Part shown: positions 47,268-58,745 of the stretch, piece after piece | Position numbering within the stretch: the first letter of the stretch is position 1 | How the letters are laid out: each line of letters begins with the position of its first letter | IMG/VR virus record: IMGVR_UViG_3300037424_000564 | Location: 128,001-192,000 of that record | Direction: 5' to 3' (one strand) | DNA length: 64,000 nt | From: a virus | Lineage: Duplodnaviria; Caudoviricetes | Notes under the pieces: model-generated | What the model was told of the DNA's origin: nothing | The model's input: only the letters and a program-made list of their open reading frames with translations | Database searches by the model: none | Position numbers and translations under genes: made by a program

Positions 47268-48701
47268 TTACCAAGATTGACCAAAGTTATAACCACCACC
47301 GAAAGAAGAACCAGTGAAGTCAACAAGGAATTTACGATAGTAGTTTTGAACTCCGTACATATTTCCGGCGATTGCATCTCTAGTCATGAAACCAATTTTT
47401 GGTTGGAAAGTAACTGGATCAACAACTTTTTGCATTTGTAGAGGAACATATGGGCAGTAGATGATACCTGAGTCATAAGTATTGCTACCTTTGTAACCAA
47501 GAGTTACATAATCAGTAAATGCAAATGTATCCATGTAAACAGTGAAACGACCGTCTAGAGTACCAACTTTAGCTACACCTAGAACTGGTTTAACTTGACC
47601 GGGAACAGAAGCATACATGAAACCTTGAAGAGTTTCAAGAGCCGCAACGACATTAGATGAAGCAACAATGAAGTTAGCAGAACCACGGCGAGTTGAAAGA
47701 GCAATTTGGTTTGCTTCACGAAGAAGACGATTGTATAGGGTACGGATTTTCTCTGCTTCCCAACGACCATCAGGAGTAGTACCAGTAGCTGAATAAGTTA
47801 CTAGACCAGCACCACCATAAGACCAAGTAGGAGTTACAGTAGCTTTAGCATTCATAAGGTCAATAAGTTCACGGTCAAGTTCAGCACCGATCTCATATTC
47901 CATGATGTTGATTAGTTCTTTCTCAGCATCAAGTCCATGAATGTTTTTTAAATCTTGTGCCATTTCTAGGGTGTATTCAGCTTTCAAACGACGAGTTTGA
48001 GCTTCTACACTAGCACGTTCAATTTTTAGGTTGAGGTTTTTGATATTAGCGCCAGCAGTTTCACCAGCAGCAGTGGTCCAAGTAGTAGCACCAGCATTAC
48101 CAGCATATCCTTTGAAGATTAGGTTGAAACCTGCTTCATTTTGGAATCCAGCAACAGTAGAAGTAGCTGAGAAACCAGTACCAGTTACAACACCACCAGC
48201 AGTTACCGCAGTAATAGCATCAGCACCTGAACTAAAAGATACTAGAGTACGACCAGCTTCTGAATACTTAACAGTACCAGATACACCGTTTGCAACAATA
48301 ATTGAAGAAACAGTAGGGAATGCAGTAAGATCAGCTAGGATAAGTCCAACGTCAGTGAATACAGCACCACCAGTAGTCAAGCCACGGTTGAATGCACCAC
48401 GATCAGTAGGAGTTTGACCAGTACCATCGCCATATACATAACGTAGAGCGTATGCGTAACCAGTAGGTTGTTTAAGAGCTTGAACGCCAACTAGTTCATT
48501 AGCTAGAAGGTTAGGGAAAATACGACGAACGGCTGGAACGAGAATAGGGGTATATTGAGCGATATCAGATGCAACACTGCTCTCATTCATGCTTACTTCT
48601 TGGTTTTCAAGAAGTTGAGCCATAACTTCTTTGGCTTGTACTAAAGGAGCCTTGTCGCTCTCAATTAATTCTGCCCATTTTTCTACGAGAATATTACTCA
48701 T
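47268..48701 (-). CDS. gp23: Major capsid protein gp23
   Basis: EKWA, VRRIFPNL.ANELVGVQ, EAQTRRLKAEYTLEMAQDLKNIHGLDAE, GIIYCPYVPL, FQPKIGFMTR. Confidence 0.97.
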   Translation of the reverse strand: MSNILVEKWAELIESDKAPLVQAKEVMAQLLENQEVSMNESSVASDIAQYTPILVPAVRRIFPNLLANELVGVQALKQPTGYAYALRYVYGDGTGQTPTDRGAFNRGLTTGGAVFTDVGLILADLTAFPTVSSIIVANGVSGTVKYSEAGRTLVSFSSGADAITAVTAGGVVTGTGFSATSTVAGFQNEAGFNLIFKGYAGNAGATTWTTAAGETAGANIKNLNLKIERASVEAQTRRLKAEYTLEMAQDLKNIHGLDAEKELINIMEYEIGAELDRELIDLMNAKATVTPTWSYGGAGLVTYSATGTTPDGRWEAEKIRTLYNRLLREANQIALSTRRGSANFIVASSNVVAALETLQGFMYASVPGQVKPVLGVAKVGTLDGRFTVYMDTFAFTDYVTLGYKGSNTYDSGIIYCPYVPLQMQKVVDPVTFQPKIGFMTRDAIAGNMYGVQNYYRKFLVDFTGSSFGGGYNFGQSW

Positions 48702-48723
48702 TTATTTTGTCTCCTTTATAAAT

Positions 48724-49407
48724 TTATTTTAATTGTGAAAGATACTGTTTCATGGTATCTGTATGTTTTTTATCTTCAACGATTACAGTTTCTTTTTTTT
48801 CTTCAAGCTTTTCTTCAAGCTTTTCTACAGTAGTTTGAATTTTGGTAACAAAAATATCTAGTTTTGATTCAAACAATTCTTCGTCAAAATCAACAGTTTT
48901 TGCCATTTCAACAAGTTTTTCACGTTCTACATCAGTTGCAAGTTTTTCACATGCTTCAGAAATCATAGCTGCTTTTTTTACTAGTTGAGTTTCTTTACGA
49001 GATTCAATAAGTTTATTTACCAAAGTAGTGTTTTCTGTTTTCAATTCTTCAATTTCATCTTCTGAACTAATTGACTCGTCATTTAGAGAAATATTGAAAG
49101 CTTCTACCATTTGTTGAAAGTTACGAAGTACTTTTTCTGCTAGTTTAACTTTAGCGAAATCTTCAACTACTTGCTCATTTTCTTTGATGTACTCTTTGCA
49201 GAAATAATCAATATAGCTATCAACTTGTTCTACTAGATCTTCTTTGAACTCAGTAATTTCAGTGCGATTTGATTCTTCTAATTCCTTTTCCTTACTCTTG
49301 ATTGCTTCATTAATAGCTGATTCAAATAAAGTAGACATTTGAAGTTTTACTTCATCAGTAAGTAGTTCAGACTCAATAGATTCAAATAATTCTTTGAGTT
49401 GTTCCAT
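48724..49407 (-). CDS. gp22: Prohead scaffolding protein gp22
   Basis: Acidic coiled coil, LVEQVDSYIDY...YIKEN; position between gp21 and gp23. Confidence 0.9.
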   Translation of the reverse strand: MEQLKELFESIESELLTDEVKLQMSTLFESAINEAIKSKEKELEESNRTEITEFKEDLVEQVDSYIDYFCKEYIKENEQVVEDFAKVKLAEKVLRNFQQMVEAFNISLNDESISSEDEIEELKTENTTLVNKLIESRKETQLVKKAAMISEACEKLATDVEREKLVEMAKTVDFDEELFESKLDIFVTKIQTTVEKLEEKLEEKKETVIVEDKKHTDTMKQYLSQLK

Positions 49408-49524
49408 AGTTTATCCTTTCTTGTGAATTAATAATTATCTGATATTATTTAGTAACTTACATCAGTTATGCCATTCACAACAAATATAAGTAATTGAATT
49501 AACTAAACAATATCTAAATATTTG

Positions 49525-50208
49525 TTATTTAATCTTTGCATTAATTTTTTCTAGATTATCTTTAAATAGTTTTAGAAATGCAGCCTGTCGATCTTCAATA
49601 GAAAATTTATTCTCTATTACAATAGTATCAATATCTTTTTTTGTTTTTTCTATATCTTGTTCTGATAAAATACCATCGACCATAACCCATTCTTTGCCTT
49701 CAGTAATACCATCAACCCAACAACCGGGACCAGAAGGATCTGAAACAATATCAACACAAATAAGACGATAATCTTGTTGAACAACGCCATTCTTTAAAGA
49801 ACCAACACCACGACTTGAAACTCCTAATTTGACACCACTTTCCATTAAAGATTTAGCAATCTTTCCACAAGGAGTATCTAGGATCTGTGCCTTGCCAATA
49901 GCAGTATTACCATTCATTGATAATTCTTTGATTAAATGTGAAACTCTATCAAGATTAATCTCTGAAGATGGAGGATGACCCAATTCTCCTAATGCACGAT
50001 TCTCTTTAATTTTCGTATTAATATGTGCAGCTACTTCTTTCTCAATAATAGCTCTAGGATAAATACGTTTATTCCCATTCATAACTTCTGACTGTAAAAA
50101 TGGTCCTTTGATGTAAAAGTTTTTAACTTTAGCCATTCCTTCTTGGACTTCGATGATTTCAGACTCCATAAGAGCTAAATCAATTTCTTCAATAATAAGT
50201 TCTGCCAT
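49525..50208 (-). CDS. gp21: Prohead protease gp21
   Basis: IKGPFLQSE..NGNKRIYP, ALGELGHP, LGVSSRGVGSL, DIVSDPS. Confidence 0.96.
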   Translation of the reverse strand: MAELIIEEIDLALMESEIIEVQEGMAKVKNFYIKGPFLQSEVMNGNKRIYPRAIIEKEVAAHINTKIKENRALGELGHPPSSEINLDRVSHLIKELSMNGNTAIGKAQILDTPCGKIAKSLMESGVKLGVSSRGVGSLKNGVVQQDYRLICVDIVSDPSGPGCWVDGITEGKEWVMVDGILSEQDIEKTKKDIDTIVIENKFSIEDRQAAFLKLFKDNLEKINAKIK

Positions 50209-50210
50209 AA

Positions 50211-50375
50211 TTATTCTTCCTTATTAAATGCATTCTTTTGTAAAAAATCATTAAAACCAGATAAATAATTCTTCATCTTAGTTTCAAATTCACCACTAAT
50301 TGCTTTTTCAAATTCTTTGTAATCTTTTTTAGCGGCTGCTGTGATAGAACTTTCAATTGTATTTTCGTTTGTCAT
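50211..50375 (-). CDS. Small prohead core protein (gp67/gp68 position)
   Basis: Manual 54-aa ORF MTNENTIESSITAAAKKDYKEFEK..., AGGAG SD, CTAAATA at 50395-50401. Confidence 0.6.
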   Translation of the reverse strand: MTNENTIESSITAAAKKDYKEFEKAISGEFETKMKNYLSGFNDFLQKNAFNKEE

Positions 50376-50397
50376 TTTTATTTCTCCTTACTTCTAT

Positions 50398-51099
50398 TTA
50401 GTAAATAATTGTATCTTTATTTGCCATATCTAATGATAATGTTATTTTTTTCATATATGCTTCTTTTCTGTAATACAAAGAATATCTATATGTGTTAGTA
50501 CGCATAACTAATTGTGTTGCTTCCTGTATAGTTATTTCATGCTCATTGTTATTTATATCTTTAATTTTAATTAAAAATGTAATATTACCACCACCTGCTC
50601 CACCAGATATAATAGGTGTAGACAACATGGTATCAATATTTTTTTGTAATGTAGAAGTATATTCTTCACTACATTCAACTGTATATCCAAATCCAGTATC
50701 AAATCCTAATGACATATACTCGTTATATTTAATATCAGAAATTGTATTAAGCTCATTAATATTATTGATATAAAACTCATATATCATTCTTTTTTTATTC
50801 CATGCTGACCAAAAATATCTCTTCATTTCTAGAGCTAGTAGTTGTGCTTCTTGAATTGTAAGTGGATGACTAATATTATCTTTATCTCTAACTGATACCA
50901 TTGTTTGATCATTACCACCAGCCCCTCCTAATTCTTCAGGAGTATTTAAGAAAATATTAAGTCCATCTTCCATCATTTCATAATCAGCTTTGTCACATTG
51001 CATAATAAATCCTGATTGTGTAGAATACCCATTAGAAATAATGGTTTTGTAATATCTATTTGATATTTCTGTTGCTTTTGTTAATATTTTATCATTCAT
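50398..51099 (-). CDS. Protein with two tandem DUF4376-like repeats
   Basis: Internal duplication GGAGG...V.D.DN..H.LTIQEA in both halves. Confidence 0.6.
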   Translation of the reverse strand: MNDKILTKATEISNRYYKTIISNGYSTQSGFIMQCDKADYEMMEDGLNIFLNTPEELGGAGGNDQTMVSVRDKDNISHPLTIQEAQLLALEMKRYFWSAWNKKRMIYEFYINNINELNTISDIKYNEYMSLGFDTGFGYTVECSEEYTSTLQKNIDTMLSTPIISGGAGGGNITFLIKIKDINNNEHEITIQEATQLVMRTNTYRYSLYYRKEAYMKKITLSLDMANKDTIIY

Positions 51100-51108
51100 A
51101 TTTTATCC

Positions 51109-52854
51109 TTAGAAATTAATTGCTTTTGGTATATTAATTAACGGTACTGTTGGTTTAATTCTAACAGCTACTTCTATCATTCCACCTAATGTACTTAGAT
51201 CAGGTGGCACCCCTGTCATACCTGCTGTATAAGATGTTATAGCAATAGAAGATATTATAATTTTTTGTGCTGATTGTAATATATCGGTGTATATGTTGGG
51301 TATCTGTAACTGATTGTAATTATTATAATAACCATATGCATTATTATGATATTCACCACCACTAGTCATAATTGTTAAATAAATTTCTCCTTTGATAATG
51401 TTATATGATAATATTTCATTAAATGTCACTATATCATTAAATGCATCAAATGGCGTATGTCCTGCATATGTTAATTTTTTTAGAAACATGTCAGATAAAA
51501 TTGTTATTGTATTACCATTGTTTACAACATATGGTGCTTTAGTGGTAGGATCTACTAAATGAGAATCAATTATAATACATTGACTTCTATCTATCATAAA
51601 ATAGTCGTTATTCCATCCCCAGAGTTGACCATTACAAGATTGGATAGCACCAGAATCCTCGGAATTCAAATTAAAAAAATGATAAGGAAATATAGGAGTA
51701 TTATTATTACTATCGAGTAGTTCATTAAATGGTGTATTTAATGTATAAGATTCAAATAAATTACTGTTAGCATCAACACAATTAATATATTTATTTGTAG
51801 TGCTTTCTATGAGTAAGTCATCAGTTGTATAGTAAGTGAATCTACAATTATTATATTCAGTGTTTGTATATAAATTAATAACATCTGTTAAAATACAATT
51901 AGTAAATATAACACCATCAGCAACGTTAATACGACATAGAGTTGAATTTAACACAATTGTCATAGGAGCTAAATAGAATGGATCACCGTTATGTAATTGA
52001 TTTACGTTGGTTATTAACCAACGTAGACCTACATAATCATAAACAAACCTACCTACTCCAAAACCATCATCATGAAAATCCAAATCAATATTCTTAAATG
52101 TTGCATTTATTAATATCGATGAATAATCCTCATATGTAATGCAATCATATTGAGGATAGTCGGTTAGTGTTTGTTGAATAGTCAAATTATGCATATTAAA
52201 ATTTGTGAATGGTTCTGATAACAGAGTATTAACACCATTTGCATTTGTAAACTTTTCCCCAAGATATCCACTTTGACAATATATAATAGCATTTCCTGAT
52301 AGAATAGAATTACCACTAAGCTCTACACTCTTGATTTGAGAAGGAACAGATTCGCTACCATTAAGTAGAATATAATATTCCATCAAATCTGATTCTGCTG
52401 CCAATGCATTAAAGGCATCATACATTTCAATAGAATCTTCCCATTCGAAATATATATAATCAGTACCTGTAGTTATGTATGGTACACCATCAGGAAAATT
52501 TATAATATCAGAATCTAAAAACAAAAATGAATAATCAGAAAAGTCTAGTTTTGTTTTTTGTGTATTACCGCCACATATAACAATTGGGGTACTAGCATTC
52601 ATTTCATCAGCGTCAAATATGATATTATCAGTTAATGTATGAGTACCTTCATCTAGGTAAAGTTTATATTTACCAGCAGAAACAGCTTCATTTAATGTTA
52701 GATAATCTCCGCTACCAGTAGGACTAATTAAAACAAATCCATTAGGTGCATTGCCAGAAGGTAGAGCATCAATAAGGTCAGTAAAATCTTGTTGAGTTGG
52801 TTTATCGCCAGTTTCGAATTTAGTTTTTAAGTATTCTTTTATTTCAGTTGCCAT
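51109..52854 (-). CDS. Virion fibre-like protein
   Basis: N-terminal LKTKFETGDKPTQQDFTDLID module, beta-rich body. Confidence 0.6.
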   Translation of the reverse strand: MATEIKEYLKTKFETGDKPTQQDFTDLIDALPSGNAPNGFVLISPTGSGDYLTLNEAVSAGKYKLYLDEGTHTLTDNIIFDADEMNASTPIVICGGNTQKTKLDFSDYSFLFLDSDIINFPDGVPYITTGTDYIYFEWEDSIEMYDAFNALAAESDLMEYYILLNGSESVPSQIKSVELSGNSILSGNAIIYCQSGYLGEKFTNANGVNTLLSEPFTNFNMHNLTIQQTLTDYPQYDCITYEDYSSILINATFKNIDLDFHDDGFGVGRFVYDYVGLRWLITNVNQLHNGDPFYLAPMTIVLNSTLCRINVADGVIFTNCILTDVINLYTNTEYNNCRFTYYTTDDLLIESTTNKYINCVDANSNLFESYTLNTPFNELLDSNNNTPIFPYHFFNLNSEDSGAIQSCNGQLWGWNNDYFMIDRSQCIIIDSHLVDPTTKAPYVVNNGNTITILSDMFLKKLTYAGHTPFDAFNDIVTFNEILSYNIIKGEIYLTIMTSGGEYHNNAYGYYNNYNQLQIPNIYTDILQSAQKIIISSIAITSYTAGMTGVPPDLSTLGGMIEVAVRIKPTVPLINIPKAINF

Positions 52855-52873
52855 TTATATATCCTTTATATTA

Positions 52874-54637
52874 TTAAACATAGAAGTCAGGTGATTTTTG
52901 TTTTGTACCAATTCCAGTAGATTGATAATGGATATCAGTGTAATGTAAAAACACACTACCAGTCCCACCAACAATATCATATGAACTCAAATAACATCTA
53001 ACTAATATAACAGAATCTGGTTCTATTAATGAGTTATTGATTTGTGATGCAGATGGAGAATTAGAAGAAAGTTGAACTTCTGCAATCATATGTCTATATT
53101 GACCAGAAGCACCAATAGATGCTAATTGTGTTACACTTGTATTTATAGGATTAATAAAAGTTTCTTGTTGATGTCCTTTTGCTGCGGTAACATTAAATCC
53201 CCAAGTAACAGATCCACTAGTGACACCAGAAGTAGTATGACTCCAATGGGTGTGAATAAATAGATCAGTTCCTTTCACATAATCATGTGGTATATGATAA
53301 TTGAACCATATTTCTTTATTAAGGGAAAATTCATATTGACTTATGTTACCATTATAAATTGACCATAGAGGATTATTCAACCCACTTCCTCTTACTGTAG
53401 ATATTCCAATTATATCTTGCCACGGATATGTAGGAGTTATTAAATCAACTTTAATACCAGCAGTAGCACTTTTAGAAAGTAGTGGAGTTCCTGAATGTAT
53501 ATTATTATATTCGGATTGATTTACATGATAGAATTCTCCTGCACTTGTAGGCAAACCACCTTGTAAATTTGTCAAAAGATTATGATCAACTATATTAGTG
53601 TTTAGAGAAATACCAGCACCAAAATTGCTTACATCTATTATTTTAACTTTAGTTGGATCGGATAGATCAGTAACACCTTGTTGCATAATAATTTTAGCTC
53701 TTAGAATTGATCCTTCCAATGATTGTAAATTTTCAATTCCGATATCTTGATTTTCAGTATCAGATGATGCGATTGCGTCAGATAAAGAGCCATATACATT
53801 ATGCCCATATATAACATCAACTACATCAGAACTAGGAAAGTAATATATATACTGAATTGAAAATTTATTACTAGGAACTGCTGTTAATATTCCATCGACA
53901 TCGTAAAAATTTGGTTGAAGTTGATTGAATTCTGTAGTTAAGTATTGATTGGATAAATGGTAATTATAAGAATTTATTGCAGTAGCAGGATTACTATATA
54001 TAATATTAGGAGATAAAGGTTGTTCACTAAAATTAGATGAATATCTAAATGATATACCAGCACTACGATTAAGAGTTAACGTAGAATCATAAGCAGTAAA
54101 TGAATTACCTTGCTTATTCAAAGACCCCATAGTATCTAAAAAATCTATCAGAGTATTACCTAGATATAAAGCTGGTGATGAATATTGTCCTACCCCTGCA
54201 ATTGTAGTATGGTCAAATGTCCAAGCTCTACCTAAAATTGCAATAGTTCTTTTTTCAAGTGCGGTGAAATTCTCAGAAAAAATAAAAGTAGCAGATCCAA
54301 TTCCAGATCTTTGAATGCCTACCCAAGGTCTTGTATTAATTGTTATATTAGGATCAACATTTTGAGCATTCCAAGACAGAACTTCCACTATAGGATTATT
54401 AAAATCAGAAAGATCTACATATAAGGATTTACCTTCAGCGATATCAATAGTTGTGTTGTCGGGATTTATAGTAATCATACCACCACTTAATACACCAGTA
54501 GTCAATCCCAATCTTCCCTCGTCACCTGATACAACATCAGATCCAAATAATCCATTATCCAACCAAGTAGCATAATCTTCGCTTGTTATTTTATAACCTG
54601 TAACAAATTTAGATTTTAGTTCTTCTCTTATTCCCAT
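52874..54637 (-). CDS. Virion fibre-like protein
   Basis: N-terminal LKSKFVTGYKITSEDYATWLD module; C-terminal HIPHDY..GTDLFIHTHW domain. Confidence 0.6.
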   Translation of the reverse strand: MGIREELKSKFVTGYKITSEDYATWLDNGLFGSDVVSGDEGRLGLTTGVLSGGMITINPDNTTIDIAEGKSLYVDLSDFNNPIVEVLSWNAQNVDPNITINTRPWVGIQRSGIGSATFIFSENFTALEKRTIAILGRAWTFDHTTIAGVGQYSSPALYLGNTLIDFLDTMGSLNKQGNSFTAYDSTLTLNRSAGISFRYSSNFSEQPLSPNIIYSNPATAINSYNYHLSNQYLTTEFNQLQPNFYDVDGILTAVPSNKFSIQYIYYFPSSDVVDVIYGHNVYGSLSDAIASSDTENQDIGIENLQSLEGSILRAKIIMQQGVTDLSDPTKVKIIDVSNFGAGISLNTNIVDHNLLTNLQGGLPTSAGEFYHVNQSEYNNIHSGTPLLSKSATAGIKVDLITPTYPWQDIIGISTVRGSGLNNPLWSIYNGNISQYEFSLNKEIWFNYHIPHDYVKGTDLFIHTHWSHTTSGVTSGSVTWGFNVTAAKGHQQETFINPINTSVTQLASIGASGQYRHMIAEVQLSSNSPSASQINNSLIEPDSVILVRCYLSSYDIVGGTGSVFLHYTDIHYQSTGIGTKQKSPDFYV

Positions 54638-54650
54638 AATTTACCTCTTT

Positions 54651-56099
<1,449 letters not shown>

Positions 56100-56151
56100 A
56101 GTTCAATCCGTTTATAAAGTTTATAATGCAGTATTATTTATACGAAATAAA

Positions 56152-56180
56152 TTGACAACTAAAGCAGAATTACTTATAAT
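56152..56180 (+). promoter_or_regulatory. Consensus sigma70 promoter
   Basis: TTGACA-17 nt-TATAAT. Confidence 0.85.
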
Positions 56181-56197
56181 ATTTCAAAGGAGAAATA

Positions 56198-56569
56198 ATG
56201 AATAATATTATATTTTTAGATATAGATGTATTTTATATGTTTTGGTTAGAATTACAGAAACATCCTACTTTTTTTCTTTTTGGTGGTACTATTATTTATT
56301 TGTGTGGATTTTGGATAGAACTGTCATGTCGGACTATTTCCACTAAATGGATTGGAAATAAACTACATGATACCACCCGAGATTTGGAACCTACAGATGT
56401 ATGGATTGCTGTTATATGGCCATTACGTATGTTTATTTATTGCCTTCAAACAATTCTTTATGGGATAAACATGGGAGTTATTCTTCCTTTGGCTCTTTTG
56501 ATTGGTATAAAATATCAAAAAACAAAAATATATAAAAAGATTGATAAAATATGTTTCGCACGTTTTTAA
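56198..56569 (+). CDS. Hypothetical membrane protein
   Basis: Hydrophobic segments; AAAGGAG SD. Confidence 0.6.
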   Translation: MNNIIFLDIDVFYMFWLELQKHPTFFLFGGTIIYLCGFWIELSCRTISTKWIGNKLHDTTRDLEPTDVWIAVIWPLRMFIYCLQTILYGINMGVILPLALLIGIKYQKTKIYKKIDKICFARF

Positions 56570-56570
56570 A

Positions 56571-56599
56571 TTGACAATTAAATCAATATCTAGTATATT
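56571..56599 (+). promoter_or_regulatory. Sigma70-type early promoter
   Basis: TTGACA-17 nt-TATATT. Confidence 0.8.
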
Positions 56600-56627
56600 G
56601 AATTCAACATCAACCAAGGAGATTATC

Positions 56628-56954
56628 ATGCGAGGACGTAAAGTTGACACTGTGAAGCAGGAAAAATTCGACACCATTTTCATCAACTCCGTTGATCGTA
56701 CTCAATTTGAAGACGAAGCACAACGAGAAGGTATTTCCAAAAAAACTGCAACTGTTTACTGGTACAAACTCTGCAAAGCTAATGGCAGACTTGTAAACGA
56801 AAAACGTGGCCGCAAGCCTGTCATCAAAACAGATCTTGGCCATAAGATGGCGACCATCGAATCTTTCGTTAATTCCGAAATTGAAAAAGCAAAAAATGCC
56901 AAGAAATCAACTCTCGTTCTTTGTCAGATTCTTAATCTTATTGTTGGTGAATAA
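56628..56954 (+). CDS. Basic hypothetical protein with AT-hook-like RGRK motifs
   Basis: Start MRGRK with AAGGAG SD; second KRGRKP motif. Confidence 0.65.
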   Translation: MRGRKVDTVKQEKFDTIFINSVDRTQFEDEAQREGISKKTATVYWYKLCKANGRLVNEKRGRKPVIKTDLGHKMATIESFVNSEIEKAKNAKKSTLVLCQILNLIVGE

Positions 56955-57284
56955 TTATGTATCCTACTAGTTTCAATTTGGCTTGTTGTCATTACTTCTT
57001 GTACCAAAGATTTTTTTGGAACAGCTATATGCATTAATAAGCGTTCTGCTGATGTAACTACATTAATCGTGTTCACTATTAGAATGACATTTAATGTACT
57101 TGCAATTATCTATCTATGCACAACCAACTAAGGAGGAATAATCATGATTTTCAAAAGAATGTGGAGAAAAACGAAACGTAAAGGATACCTACGTGTCAAA
57201 TCAACTCATTATGTTGGATGGTTTCTTTTTGGAATTATTCCACTTTACATTAAAACAATTAAAGTTGAATATTACAGATAATAA

Positions 57285-57313
57285 TAGACAAATAATTAAT
57301 ATCATATTATGAT
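57285..57313 (+). promoter_or_regulatory. Sigma70-type early promoter
   Basis: TAGACA-17 nt-TATGAT. Confidence 0.75.
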
Positions 57314-57338
57314 TAGATCAACGAATAGGAGATACCAC

Positions 57339-58547
57339 ATGTTTATAGCAAATCACCCCAAATTATATATAGTCGGAGGTTGTGTCAGAGACATGATCAT
57401 GGGTCGAGAGGCTTCTGATGTGGATTATTGTTTCTCCGGTTCTGAATCAGAATTGATGAAATTGTTTCCTAAAGCATATCAGGTTGGTATTTCTTTTCCT
57501 GTGTTCATGGTAAATGGATGTGAAGTTGCATTGACTCGTACTGAAGAATCTAATGGAGATTCCTATGGTGACTTTATTGTTACTAATGTTGGGGTTTCTA
57601 TTGAAGAAGATTTGAATCGTCGTGACTTCACAATGAATCAAATAGCAATTAACACAATGACTCAAGAAGTGATTGATCCTACTGGCGGCAAGAATGATAT
57701 TACTGGTATGATCATTCGTACAACTAATACTAAAGCATTTGAAGAAGATCCTGTTCGTATTTTGAGAGCAATTCGATTTGCAACTACCATGGGATTTGCA
57801 ATTGAAACTGAAACATTCCAAATGATGAAAGAAAATGTTCATCGTTTGGAATTCATCACCAAAGAACGTATTGTGTTGGAATTGGAAAAAATGTGGAAAG
57901 GTGCTAATGTGCCTTCTGTATTTTTTACAATTTTGAGCGAGATTGGTGGATTGAAATTCATTTCTCCTGTGTTTGAAGCAATGGAAAATGTTCCTGCTGG
58001 ACCTTTCAAATACCATGGGGATGATACAGTATTTGATCACACAATGAATGTCATCAATCGAATCAAACAACATAACGGAACGTTCAGTGCATTCATTGCT
58101 GGATTGACTCATGATTTTGGAAAGACTGTGACTCCTGCACATGTATTGCCGGGACATCATGGCCATGAGTTTAATGGGTTGGAATTGGCTAAAGAATTTA
58201 TAACAAATAATCGTTTTGATTCTTACACAAATGAGTTGATCTTGGTTGCTATGAGAAATCATATGCTGGTTCGTGTTTTCAATGAAATGAGAACTATCAC
58301 CAAAGTCAAATTTGTTAAATCTATTCCTAAGCATATGGTGGAAGATTTCAAAGTGATTGTCTTTTCTGATCATGAAAGGTCACAGGAAACTAAAAATTTT
58401 ATTAGTTTCGTTTTTGCAACTGTCAATTCTTTTAGAATGACCAAAGAAGATATCGAACGTGTTAAAAATACAAAAGATAAAAAAGAAGTAGCTATCAGAA
58501 TCATCACTAAACATTTGGCTTCTAAAATTAAGGAGATTGAAGAATGA
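57339..58547 (+). CDS. cca: Class II CCA-adding tRNA nucleotidyltransferase with HD domain
   Basis: YIVGGCVRD, DVDY, DLNRRDFTMN, FEEDPVRILRAIRF, HT...HDFGK; start MFIANH after AGGAG. Confidence 0.93.
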   Translation: MFIANHPKLYIVGGCVRDMIMGREASDVDYCFSGSESELMKLFPKAYQVGISFPVFMVNGCEVALTRTEESNGDSYGDFIVTNVGVSIEEDLNRRDFTMNQIAINTMTQEVIDPTGGKNDITGMIIRTTNTKAFEEDPVRILRAIRFATTMGFAIETETFQMMKENVHRLEFITKERIVLELEKMWKGANVPSVFFTILSEIGGLKFISPVFEAMENVPAGPFKYHGDDTVFDHTMNVINRIKQHNGTFSAFIAGLTHDFGKTVTPAHVLPGHHGHEFNGLELAKEFITNNRFDSYTNELILVAMRNHMLVRVFNEMRTITKVKFVKSIPKHMVEDFKVIVFSDHERSQETKNFISFVFATVNSFRMTKEDIERVKNTKDKKEVAIRIITKHLASKIKEIEE

Positions 58548-58745
58548 TTAATACTGAATCGAAATCATCAAAGTAATTAGAATTATGGATCAAATTACAA
58601 ATACACAATATCGTAATAATAATATATATTTATTATGAGCATCCAGCTTTCGAAAAAGATGAAAAATTAAGACGCAGGGGTCAACGTAAATTTAGAGGAA
58701 GAAATTGGGATTGATTAACAATTACCTTATATTAAGGAATAACTA

